64,000 nucleotides of DNA. Origin: Podarcis muralis (taxonomy: Eukaryota). The stretch is from NCBI RefSeq assembly GCF_964188315.1, contig NC_135655.1:20026001-20090000 (forward strand). The letters are read 5' to 3'. A model generated the notes under the pieces. It was not told where the DNA came from. It saw only the letters and a program-made list of their open reading frames with translations, and did no database searches. Below are positions 1 to 42,167 of this stretch, in pieces. A program made the position numbers and the translations under genes. Position 1 is the stretch's first letter. Each line of letters opens with the position of its first letter.

Positions 1-602
1 TAGAATTCCAGCTCATTAGTGTGATTTTCTTCAATGTGATGCAAAAAAACCCACACATATTTATTTTTATTTTTACCTTTCAGATGCATAAACTGCACCA
101 CTGATTTTGGTCTTAAGTAATTTGCAACAAGCAACGCCTCTCCAAAAATAGATACACAACAGCATTTGACTGTTTTGATGACAATAAATGTTTTCAGCTG
201 GGACTGTCTGGTGCCTGATCTATAACAGGAAGACAGAACCAGAGGTGCCCTTTTGCAAACAAGGCCTAGAAAGTTTAGTTTCCCATTATGTGCAAATGTG
301 GCTAGTGTCTTCAAGCTAGCTCTTGTGCAACAGTTCATGTAACAGCACAAATGTTATATATTTTTTCTGCTAGTACATTTCTGGATCTAAACCAGCACTT
401 GTAACACAGGAGAGGTAGTAATGGTTTCCATTTCCTGTATGTATTGACAAAGAACAAGAGAGTTCCTCTTCCGAATGATGTTTTTATATTAGAAAGAAGC
501 GTAAATCTTGGTAAAGCATTTGACAATACTAACAGTAAACCTGATTCCCACCCCTTCACTTTCAGTAAGAAGTTTCTGCCAACAGTCTCATTAAGAGCCT
601 TA

Positions 603-31654
<31,052 letters not shown>

Positions 31655-32294
31655 CGTCTCTCCGGCTGTGGGTTAAGCGCCGCCACCTCTTCCCCGGAAC
31701 AGTCACTCTTCCTGCCCCTGGGAAGCGGGCGACGCGAGCATGATACGGGCCTGGCTCGGGCCCTCCGGCCGAGGGGAGAGAGCCGCTTGCTAGGCCTGGT
31801 GGCCGCCGCCGCCGCCGCTGTTGTTGCTGCTGCCGCCGCCGCTTCCTCTAGTCCTTCCTCTTCCCCTCCGGCCTCCTAACATGGCGCCCAGGCGCTACCA
31901 CAGCAACGTTCTGGGGCGAGGGAGGGGAGGGGGGCAGAGGCGTGCAGGGCCAGTTGGCGCGCTGACGCAACGGCGGCGCCCGCCCTGCGTCGAGACGTGC
32001 GCTCCCGCGCATGCGCCAGGCCTTTGCGTTGGCTGGCGGGAAGTGTAGTCCTTGCAGGCAGGCGAGTTCGAACTTTTGAAAGCTGCCAACGGCTGGCGCG
32101 GCTGATGCGCAGGCGCCAGAGGAAAGTACTCGCTTGGTGGCGCGAGGAGGAGATCCATCTAGTACGCGCTTGGAGACGTTTGCATTCTGGTGTAATTCCT
32201 TGCGAGCCACTACGCCGGTTTAGCGCATAATTATCACTCATTTAATCCACTTTATAGGAGGACCGTTAAAAGTTTGTAAATGATAGGATTGTTG

Positions 32295-32601
32295 CAGTGC
32301 CGGATTTACGTATAAACTAAACAAGCTATAGATTAGGGCCCCTCTCTCTTGCCCCCCCCCCCCAATTTCACTATTAATATACTTTTCTTAATTGTATTTC
32401 AGTTCAACAATTACTTTGATAAAATACATAATTTGTTATGTGCAAATGGCTTTAGATACCTATTAGGTCCATAAATTACCATATAGCATATATTCAACAC
32501 AAAAAAGTGACAATTTGTTGTTGACAAAGGACAGCTGGACATATAAAGGGCCCCATTACCTTCAGTAGCTTAGGGCCTCATCAAGCCTAAATCCGGCCCT
32601 G
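32295..32601. mobile_element. hAT-type non-autonomous DNA transposon (307 bp)
   Basis: TIRs CAGTGCCGGATTTA / TAAATCCGGCCCTG and perfect 8-bp TSD GATTGTTG (32287-32294, 32602-32609). Confidence 0.9.
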
Positions 32602-33924
32602 GATTGTTGCCTGATGAAGACAAAAACCATGAAAAACAGGGTCACATCCACTCTACGTTTACAGCACCTGGCTCCCCTGCCCCCCCCCCCCCGATTCCTG
32701 GGAACTGTAGTTTAGCCCTCACAGAGACAGTTCCCAGCACCATTAAGCTACAGTTCCCAGGAGACATTTCTTGTAGGTGGCCACCAGGTTTGCACACACC
32801 TCAGGAGGTATTTTGTCCCACTCCTCTTTGCAGATCTTCTCCAAGTCAGAAAGGTTTTGAGGCTGATGTGTAGCTACTCAAACCTTCAGCTCCCTCCGAT
32901 TTTTTATGGGATTAAGGTCTGGAGACTGGCTAGGCCACTCCAGGACCTTAATGTGCTTCTTCTTGAGCCACTCCTTTGTTACCTTGGCCGGGTGTTTTGG
33001 GTCATTGTCACGCTGGAATACACATCCTCGACCCATTTTCAATGCCCTGGCTGAGGGAAGGAGGTGCTCACCCAAGATTTGACGATACATGGTCCCGTCC
33101 ATCGTCCCTTCGATGCAGTGAAGGTGTCCTGTCCCCTTAGCAGAAAAACACCCCCAAAGCATAATATGTCCCCCTCCATGTTTGACGGTGGGGATGGTGT
33201 TCTTGGGGTCGTAGGCAGCATTCCTCCTCCTCCAAACACGGCGAGTTGAGTTGGTGCCAAAGAGCTCAATTTTGGTCTCATCTGACCACAACACTTTCAC
33301 CCACTTCTCTGGGTCATTCAGATGTGCATTGGCAAATTGCTGACGGGCCTGTACATGTGCTGTCTTGAGGAAGGGGACCTTGCGGGCTCTGCAAGATATC
33401 AGTCCTTCACGGCGTAGTGTGTTACCAACTGTTTTCATGGTGACTATGGTCCCAGCTGCTCTGAGATCATTGACAAGTTCCCCCCGTGTAGTTCTGGGCT
33501 GCTTCATCACCGTTCTCCTGATCATTGCAATTCCACAAGATGCGATCTTGCATGGAGCCCCAGACCGAGGGAGGTTGATAGTTGTTTTTGTGTTTCTTCC
33601 ATTTGCGAATTATTGCATCAACTGTTGTCACCTTCTCACCAAGGTGCTTGGCAATAGTCTAATAGCCCATTCCAGCCTTGTGCAGGTCTACATTCTGGTC
33701 CCTGACATGCTTGGACAGCTCTTTGGTCTTGGTCATGGTGACTAGTTTGGAATCTGCTGGATTGATTGCTTCTGTTGACAGGTGCCTTTTGTACAGGTAC
33801 TGTAACAAGCTGGGATTACAAGCAAGACCTCTCCCTTATAGCAGGTGCTTCTAATCTCAGCTCGTTACATACAGTGAAGATACCAGGTAGCCTGACACCT
33901 GGCTGGTTGATAGGGGATCAAATA

Positions 33925-34133
33925 CAGTGGTACCTCGGGTTACATACGCTTCAGGTTACAGACTCTGCTAACCCAGAAATATTACCTCGGATTAAGAACT
34001 TTGCTTCAGGATGAGAACAGAAAGCATGCAGCGGTGGCGCGGCAGCAGCAGGAGGCCCCATTAGCTAAAGTGGTGCTTCAAGTTAAGAACAGACCTCCAA
34101 AACGAATTAAGTACTTAACCTAAGGTACCACTG
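33925..34133. mobile_element. Tigger-like MITE nested in the inner direct repeat of the Tc1 end
   Basis: TA|CAGTGGTACCTCGGGTTA...TAACCTAAGGTACCACTG|CA (TA decayed); same family at 50360-50584. Confidence 0.88.
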
Positions 34134-34309
34134 CACTTATTTCACTCGTTATAATGCACATCAATCTCTGACTTTTGTCTTCTGGGTTTCTGGAGGTTTT
34201 CCTGTTGTTATTCTGTCTCTCACAGCTACAATAAACCTACCATTACAATTATGGACTGGTCATTTCTTCGTCAGAGGGCAAATGGGAAAATTTAGCAGGG
34301 GATCAAATA

Positions 34310-34571
34310 CCGTATTTTTTGCTCTATAAGACTCACTTTTTCCCTCCTAAAAAGTAAGGGGAAATGTGTGTGTGTGTCTTATGGAGCAAATGCAGGCTGC
34401 ACAGCTATCCCAGAAGCCAGAACAGCAAGAGGGATTGCTGCTTTCACTGCGCAGCAATCCTTCTTGCTGTTCTGGCTTCTGAGATTCAGAATATTTTTTT
34501 TTCTTGTTTTCCTCCTCCAAAAACTAGGTGCGTCTTGTGGTCTGGTGCGTCTTATATAGCGAAAAATACGG
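34310..34571. mobile_element. Tc2/pogo-like MITE nested in the outer direct repeat of the Tc1 end
   Basis: TA|CCGTATTTTTTGCTCTATAAGAC...GTCTTATATAGCGAAAAATACGG|TA. Confidence 0.88.
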
Positions 34572-35033
34572 TACTTGCCCCCCTCACTGTTAGAGGGCTC
34601 CAGCCTTTCCAATATCTTACTCAAATAGGGAAAGAAGAGGGAAGCTGTATGCAACCAGATCATACTTAGACTCACTAAAATTGATGACCATTGAAATTAA
34701 TGGGTCTACTTTTCGTATGACTCTGTGGCAATTGTCCAAGATCATAGATGGTTTAAGCTTGATTTTTTTTCTTTTATCAATCCAAAGTACACTTGAATTG
34801 AGTAAGTTCCTCTGACCAGTGAGAATTACTGCTGAATAAAGTTGCATGGGATTGCACTGTAAAAAGAACTTGTAGTACGACATGAAAGGGAATTGCAAAG
34901 TCTTCATACCCACTACTTCTGGAGCTTAAGTACATGCTACATATAAGCATGTGCAACCAAACATTGATCTTTTCAGGAAAAGGGACTTTCAGATTTAGAG
35001 CAAATAAAATGGTGTGGAGACAGTGCTTAACAC

Positions 35034-35163
35034 TTTATTGCATGTGGCTTATCTGCTCTAAATACAAATGTGGGCCTTCTTATGCTATGTCAGAGCACTT
35101 TTGAGGGTAAGAGGATAATATGAAACTAACCACAAATCTTGAACAATCATGAAACTTTTTATT
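35034..35163 (-). terminator. Candidate AK7 polyadenylation signals
   Basis: Sense AATAAA at 35158-35163 and 35034-35039, about 80 and 205 nt past the AK7 stop. Confidence 0.5.
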
Positions 35164-35243
35164 CCAGTATTATTTTACAGTGATAAAGAGGAAACATAAT
35201 AATCTGAAACTACACCTGATATTGCGATGAGGTTGCATACTTC

Positions 35244-35282
35244 TTAGTCAAATTCAGGATTATTCTTGAAGAGATATTCTGC
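35244..35282 (-). CDS. AK7: AK7 exon 18
   Basis: aacag|GCA GAA TAT...GAC TAA; [12 protein letters not shown]. Confidence 0.94.
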   Translation of the reverse strand, partial: AEYLFKNNPEFD

Positions 35283-35522
35283 CTGTTGATTTAAAATTTA
35301 CCCAAAAAAAGTCACAAATTTTTCATACCGTAATATAGGTTTGTTTCCGTACATATAGCACTGAACAGTGGCTTATACTAACATCATTGTACTTATTGAA
35401 ACCCTCCAAAATTGTGTGATTGTTCACCATTTTCCATTTCTGTGCACTGCTTCTTGACCGCTGGACTCACTATTGGTCTCACCCACTCAATCCGCCAGAG
35501 TGGAGTGCAGGGTTGGGACCAA

Positions 35523-35575
<53 letters not shown>

Positions 35576-38500
35576 TGATGTCAACAAACTACCCCAGAAG
35601 GAGCACAACATGTTTCTCACCAAAAGTACTACCCCTCACCTAAAACCCATAATTAGAATGATATTGCAACACTATGCAGCCAGTTAGATTTGGCTAAGTG
35701 ACAGCGCTATTGGGGGCAAAGAAAACTGATTGGAGAGTGAGCCAAAAAGAAGCAATTTGGAATCAACTGTAGTGCACAGTTTGATTTTTCACAGTTGAAC
35801 AAATGAAGCAAATGTCAAAATTTGGGCTTCAAATGAGTTTTACTGGTGAAACTGTAGGTTGCCCACAGTGACTGATGGAATAAAGGCAGGACAGTACAAA
35901 AATCTTTGTTGGGTTTATGACAACAATGTAGCATGTCTAGAATTCACAAGTATGTAATAAAAAATGGGACATACTTTTTTTTTTAACTATAATTGAAAAA
36001 GACAGACAGACAAATACAGGGAAAATGCATTTCCTTACCAGAAAGTCAACAGGGTCATCTGGCCTAACCATGCAGCAGTGATTCAAGCCTTGCATAAGTG
36101 TTGGCATGACATGCTTCATTAAGTAGTTTCTCAATGGAATGGACTGAGCTTCCAGGAGCTCTTGTTCTTGCCGCTTCACTTCCTCCAAACGTTTATTCTT
36201 AAAAAATGCAGAGATAAATATATATTTAGGCTATGCTTAGACAGAATACAAAACCCAAAACAAATTTAGGTCCAGGAAATTTGACTTTATAAAATGCATT
36301 CCATTTTGTATTACTGGTTCTTAGTTCTTAAATTCTAAATAGATCTAAATACACATTTCTGAAATTTAACACTGCATACCTAAACCATTATGCACATGCC
36401 TCAAAGAAAATGTTAACACAATAACAAATGATTGAGGTCTGCTGTGATGTTTTCTACACAAATGCCATTCCATGTGGAGAATTCCATGCCAACAGTAAGC
36501 GGATTGTTCCATGTAGCAATCACACATGTATGTGGTATTCTGTGTTCTTCGTTAAAAAAAAAAAAAGATAAGTGTATATCAATCCTCATGTGTGATGCGA
36601 TGGGACACACAGTTTGCATGGAGTTCTGCATATGAACTTGTTGTGTGTGTAAGATCTTCTGTATGCACAACCGTTGAGCTATAGTTCCTTCCCCTATTCA
36701 GCTATTATTTATTCGTACCTTAATCTAAAACTTTAATATATTCCAAGTACTATGGTGTACAAAAAACACCATAGACTGAGGTAAGTAGACACAATATTAA
36801 GAACTTTTTAAGCCATGGGGGAGGGGGGGGCTGTTAAGTTTTTTGCTGCAGAAATGTGACATGAAGTTTAGAATTTATTTATAGCATTTATACCCCATTC
36901 AGCCATTCCCAGTGTGACTTACATACAATCAATTATAACAAAAATTGAAGGGTACATGAGAAGGAATTGGATACTTATATATGAGGCTATTTGGACCAAA
37001 CAGATTCATCTCAAAATAAACTTCTGCATTGACTTTAAATAGGAAGTATCAATATAGTTATGCAATCCCAGTGCAGCCTATTCATTGCTGTCAGAGCTGC
37101 TCCCCGATCCCAGCTCACAGAGGATCACGCTAGCCAGCGTTCGCTTTATAAAAGTCTTTATTGAGTTACAGTTTCCATTTCCAAGCTGCTGCGTGCAACT
37201 CTACGTCTTATGGCTAGACCGGCGAAGCTCCGTCTGAATCTCCGCCCCTCGTACACCAACTTAATATCCTCGCCTTACTCCACCTTTTCCGCCTGACCGT
37301 CCTTCTCTGGGTCCCTCTGCTCCCCGTGGTCTCCTCCCTCCGGGACTCCTCTGACGCTGACCCCCCGGACCCTCCTGTCTCCTTGCGTCGGGCTTTAGGA
37401 CCTGGCTCCCTTTCCGGGCTGCTTACTGCGCCGCCTTCCTGTGCATTTGAACTTGGCGTGCGCGCCCAGCCTTCCACTTTCCGCTTGACCGTTTCTTCGC
37501 TCCCCGATGGGGGCGTGGTCACTCCTGACTCATGCCCTCCTCCCTGCTGCGAGCTGCCAGGGCTCGATCCCTGACGTCCTTCCTCTCCACTGCGCTCTGG
37601 TGGGGACGCTGGCCCCGATTTCCAACTGCTGCCCTCTGAACCCCCGCTGGTCCCTTCCTCCTGGGGTGTCCCCCTAGGCCCCCCCTTTGCTCTGGCCACT
37701 GGCGCCCCTTTCTGTGAATCTTCCGATTCACTGGAAAGACTCGGAGATCTCGGGTCGTCGTCATCACTCATCCTTTCTTCGGACTCCTCCCCCTCGCTCT
37801 CTGTTTCCTCCCTTGCCCTCGCCTCTGCTCCTGAACCCCTGACAATTGCGTTGCCAATTCTGCTCTTGAGTATATTTACTAGATACACAGAAGAAAGCCA
37901 TCTAAAATCTTTCAGTAATCTATTACTGTATCTCTTTGCCTGTAAAGTTACATGAGAGAAGCAGTGGCAGTGCCTCATGTAAAGAATTCTCTCCCTCTCC
38001 TCCTTTCTTCCCACCTGCAATGTGCGAATAGGCATTTGTGTGTGCCATGCTAGCATTTTTTGGTGTGTGGGGGGGCAATCTCTTTATATTAGAATTATCT
38101 AGCATTTGGGATTTACTTACCCATTCTTCCCAGTTTGCCAATTTTTGAGCCCTTTCCTCAGCTTCTTTTTGTTCCAAATCAGCCTTTTCTTTAGCTTCTC
38201 TTGCAAGGCGTTCTTCAGCTTGTTTTCGTTCAAATTCTTCCAGCTCTTCATCTGTCAAACCATAATTTCGAGGCTCGCCAATAGTTTTGATGATTTCTTT
38301 CGCTATAACTCTGTTCTCCAGACCTTCAAACTTTGATACATCTTTCAAGTATGGAGAGAGAAAAATGAGGAAACTTATTAGTTACACCACAGGCACAAGG
38401 TTACTCAGTTAAAATCGTTGTCCTACGTTATTATCTTAAACATGACAATAATTGGAGTTGTGATGATTCAAAGCTGGGCATTTTTTCAGCAAATTGAGGC

Positions 38501-41500
38501 TGTTTGGGACCCTGAGTTAACTGCTAGCACCTTGGGATTTACAGTCCTTACCTTGAGGTGGGTACTGAAGTCCCAGGGTCACTGTGCATTCTTAAGCCAC
38601 AAGAGACAACACCTTGAGGCTGAGCCTGTCCTAAGGGTTCATCTCCTGATTAGTTTCTGGAAAGTTCCAACAACCTTACCTTAAGATTGGTTGAAGAGCA
38701 AAAAGTATTCCAACCTAAACTGAACTATTTTCTTGTTATCTTGGGGTGTGTGCTAAAATTATTGACTTAAAAAAAATCAAAAAAATCTGCATTGGGTTAC
38801 AGGATCTTTGAACTGGTGCTCTTTTTACTATCTCAAATAAATATTGCTCCTATAGATTTCAGTGTGAGTTGTTAGAAATTGCCCTGATTGTTAGTTGCAG
38901 TACTTTGGCCTCTTGGTTCACTGAAGCTACCTTTGCAGAGATTTTCCCCCTCCCTTTTTCACTGGGGGATTTCAGGAGAGAGAGCTATTGTGCCTCTCAT
39001 CTCTTGGTTTCTCAAAGAGAAAGGGAGATTAAGAAATTAAATGCACTTTCAACTATACCAATATACTGTGGATGTATTTCTATTTCATCAAAATAGTTGA
39101 GAACAGTTTCGTCTTCTGTGTTTAACTCCCTGAAAAGGTTCAGGGATCTCAAGTACCGGTCCTGAGCATAATGAGTTCCAGCAACAACAGATTCAGGGAG
39201 ATTCATGATTCGATTTTTCAGGAATTCATCCGAAGCATTCAAGGAAATTACATAGTCTGTGGAGGAAAACATATATGAGAATTAATCTTCTGAGAATACC
39301 ACACGGTTAGTTAAGTTAGGTAGAGAAGTTGCAGAAAGGGGGCTGTACTTTCCATCAGTGTACCTTCTTTTGTTGTTAAAAATGGGATACTTTCAACCAC
39401 CCTCTTATATAACCAGGGCAGATTTTGGTTTAAATACTTGGAGCTGCCACCATCACATCTAGTTTGGCCTTAAGCAAAGCTAACTTACCAGAAATTATTA
39501 CTTTGTCATAGTGATGAATTTTGCCTTTTAGATCATCCTCTTCCTCCTCGTCTTCAACTTTAAAAAAAATGTAATTAAAATGTCATCAACAGAAACTTGC
39601 ACACTAAAGATTACAGTACTAAAAATGTCTAGTATCACTCAGAAGAGATAGGACTCTTCTCTTATGTTCTCTAACCATGCCCCAAACACATCCTACCCTG
39701 CAGGCTCATGGGATCTTTCCTCCATGCTCCTCCTCCCTCTCCTTTTCATTTTTGTACCTAACCATGATGTACGGCATTTTCACAAACCATGGCATTTTCA
39801 CAAGTTACAGATATCTCTCAACCAGTTTGCTACCATATATAGTTATTTTAAATGAGATCTGATCTGTTGATTTTCCCCATACAAGCAGACACTCAACCAT
39901 CCAAGATCCTCAAGGAGGCTCTGCAGATTCTCCCAACTAGGGTTTGTGTGTACAGGGCACAATAGTGTCCTCAATGCATTGTAATACATTTCTGGAAAAA
40001 ATATCTCTATCAGAGGGCAAAACAAAATAGGATGAGGGAAATCCATGACTGACTCTCCTGCTTCTTTAAATTTTGGCAAAGAAATTGTAGGATGTACAGT
40101 AAGTTGTGAGTTGACTGTATTTGCCAAAATTTAATGAGATGGAAAATGTACTCACAGATCTCTGTCATCTCTTATTTGTTCTTACCCTTCCTGCCCCTAG
40201 GAATAATCTTTTATTTATTTTTCATAATTTATCTCAGAGCGGGAAACAGCAGCACAGTATAAGATACAGTCAAAATAATCAATTTTGGAGAGGGGGAACA
40301 GCAAAATAGTCTTAAATTGTTTACGTTCCCCACTCCAGAGTTGCACTTTTTCATTATATTATCAGATATCATGATTTCTAAATCCACTTGCAAGCTATGA
40401 CACTAAAGCCAGAGAACAGGGAAACAAAGGCAAACAATAAAAGATGTTAACGTAGTTGCAACTCTCCAGTGTTTCCAGTGTTGCCCTTAGTGCAGAATTT
40501 GTTGTCCGTCTTGATCTTCTGGATTTTCCTAACCCCTGTATCTCTCATATATGACCTGCTAGGAACTTAACAACACTAGCAATCCTCAATGGAGAATAGA
40601 TATTTCAAGTTATAATCATGAACACACTTGTTTCAGCATAATTCCACAGTTATGATAAAACTACTTTATTTTAAATGTGGCCACTAGCACTTGTTACATA
40701 GTGCAATGTACAGTAACGACAAGTACCGTAGAGGACTCTTACTTACGATTAAAAAGATCCTTTGCCAAGTCGTAGGTCTTTGGAAACCCATCCAAAACAT
40801 ATCCTTGGTTCTTACAAGGCATAGACATTAGCTTTTCTTTCATGAACCTAACCACAAAGCTATCATCCAGACGACCTAGTTTTATAGGGAAACATTATTA
40901 AATTCGCATAATCTTTTATAACTGGGGATGTGAGACATTCTGTTTTTTTGCTCCTCTCTCCCCGAACTCACTAACGGGACACTGTATGTCATGCTGAGTA
41001 TTGGACTGGAAATCTCATGGACTAGGTTTAACAAGATTCAGAAGGCAGACATGCATTTCACATAAGCTGCATGCAAATAACTAGACTATCTTTTAATCGC
41101 AAACAAGATTCACCTGCATTTTGCTCCATGTTTTCTTTAACTGAATCTAATAATTCCTGGGCTTCTTCTATGTTCTCCCCTTCTTCTTCTGCCTCTTCCT
41201 CCTCTTCCTCCTCCTCTTCCACCACTTCAGGCTCTACTATCTCTTTAGGAGCAACAATTTTCTCCTAGGGATGTAATAGGAAAGAAAATGCCACTCAAAT
41301 TCTGGACAAATTTTGCCTATTACACAAAAATTACAGCACTCTGAACCGCTCTGAATGGAACCACAAACCTGCCAAAGTTACTCTAAAGCAACTCCAGCTT
41401 CAGTTTCTCTATCCTCCTACCCCACTGCATGACACTGGCTTTTTAGCTTATGATTTCTATACTCGGTTATGTATTTGAGTTAATGAATTAACCTAGTACT

Positions 41501-42118
41501 TATTGTAAACAAAAATAGGAATGGGCAAATCTGTCAATGCTAGTTTCTCTCAGTTTCTCATTGTTCTGCCCTTAACTCAGTTCTTGTTGTTTTTCTGTTA
41601 GAACAACTCAGCAAAATAAAATTCCAGTTTATTGTTGGACAACATTGTTTTCACACATACATCAAACAGGCTAAATAAATAAATAAATTTTTTTACAGCA
41701 GCTTTGTAGACAAAAGAACGGAAAAGGAAAAGAAAAAAAGGAAAGAAAGACCCTTTTATCTTTGACTTTGCCATCTCATACAAACCCACTAGTTATGGTA
41801 CAGCTAAAGTACATATGCAGAAGAGAAAGAGAGTTACTGGAATGCTCAGAATAAAGACTCGACTTTTTTGCATTTTTTATTTTTATTTTTACAAGGTTGT
41901 TTTTCCCCCCTTCTCTTTTTGAGATAAATGTTTTGGACATGGTCACACCCCAAGTCAAGTCAAGAAATATTTCAAATTTTTCTTTTCAGTTTTTTGTTTT
42001 GTTTTTGAGAGGAACAGAGGTAGAGAGAGAAAGTGTTTTTTTTAAAACCCACCACACTTCAAAGCTCCCTCCCCACTTTGGTCAACCAGAGATCGCATTA
42101 TAAATGACTGACCTCATC

Positions 42119-42167
<49 letters not shown>

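Larger units (their letters stand above)
32762..34589 (-). mobile_element. Tc1-like transposon of IR/DR type, decayed, 3' end missing, with two nested MITEs
   Basis: Transposase from ATG 33736 (MTKTKELSK...) with TAG at codon 26, a +1 frameshift near 33590, WSDETK...DNDPKH...PDLNPIKN (catalytic E replaced by K) and TGA at 32878; left end CAGTGAGGGGGGCAAG at 34589; inner and outer repeat core AAGTATTTGATCCCCT. Confidence 0.93.

Noticed and set aside
33365-33745. 126-aa + strand ORF
   Set aside because: Antisense to the Tc1 transposase; no independent evidence.
35393-35687. Poly-Asn / poly-Leu ORFs
   Set aside because: Translation of the (AAT)n microsatellite.
37923-38348. 141-aa ORF extending AK7 exon 16
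   Set aside because: Exon 16 read through its strong GTAAGT donor; not a separate gene, and not in frame with the LTR ORF.
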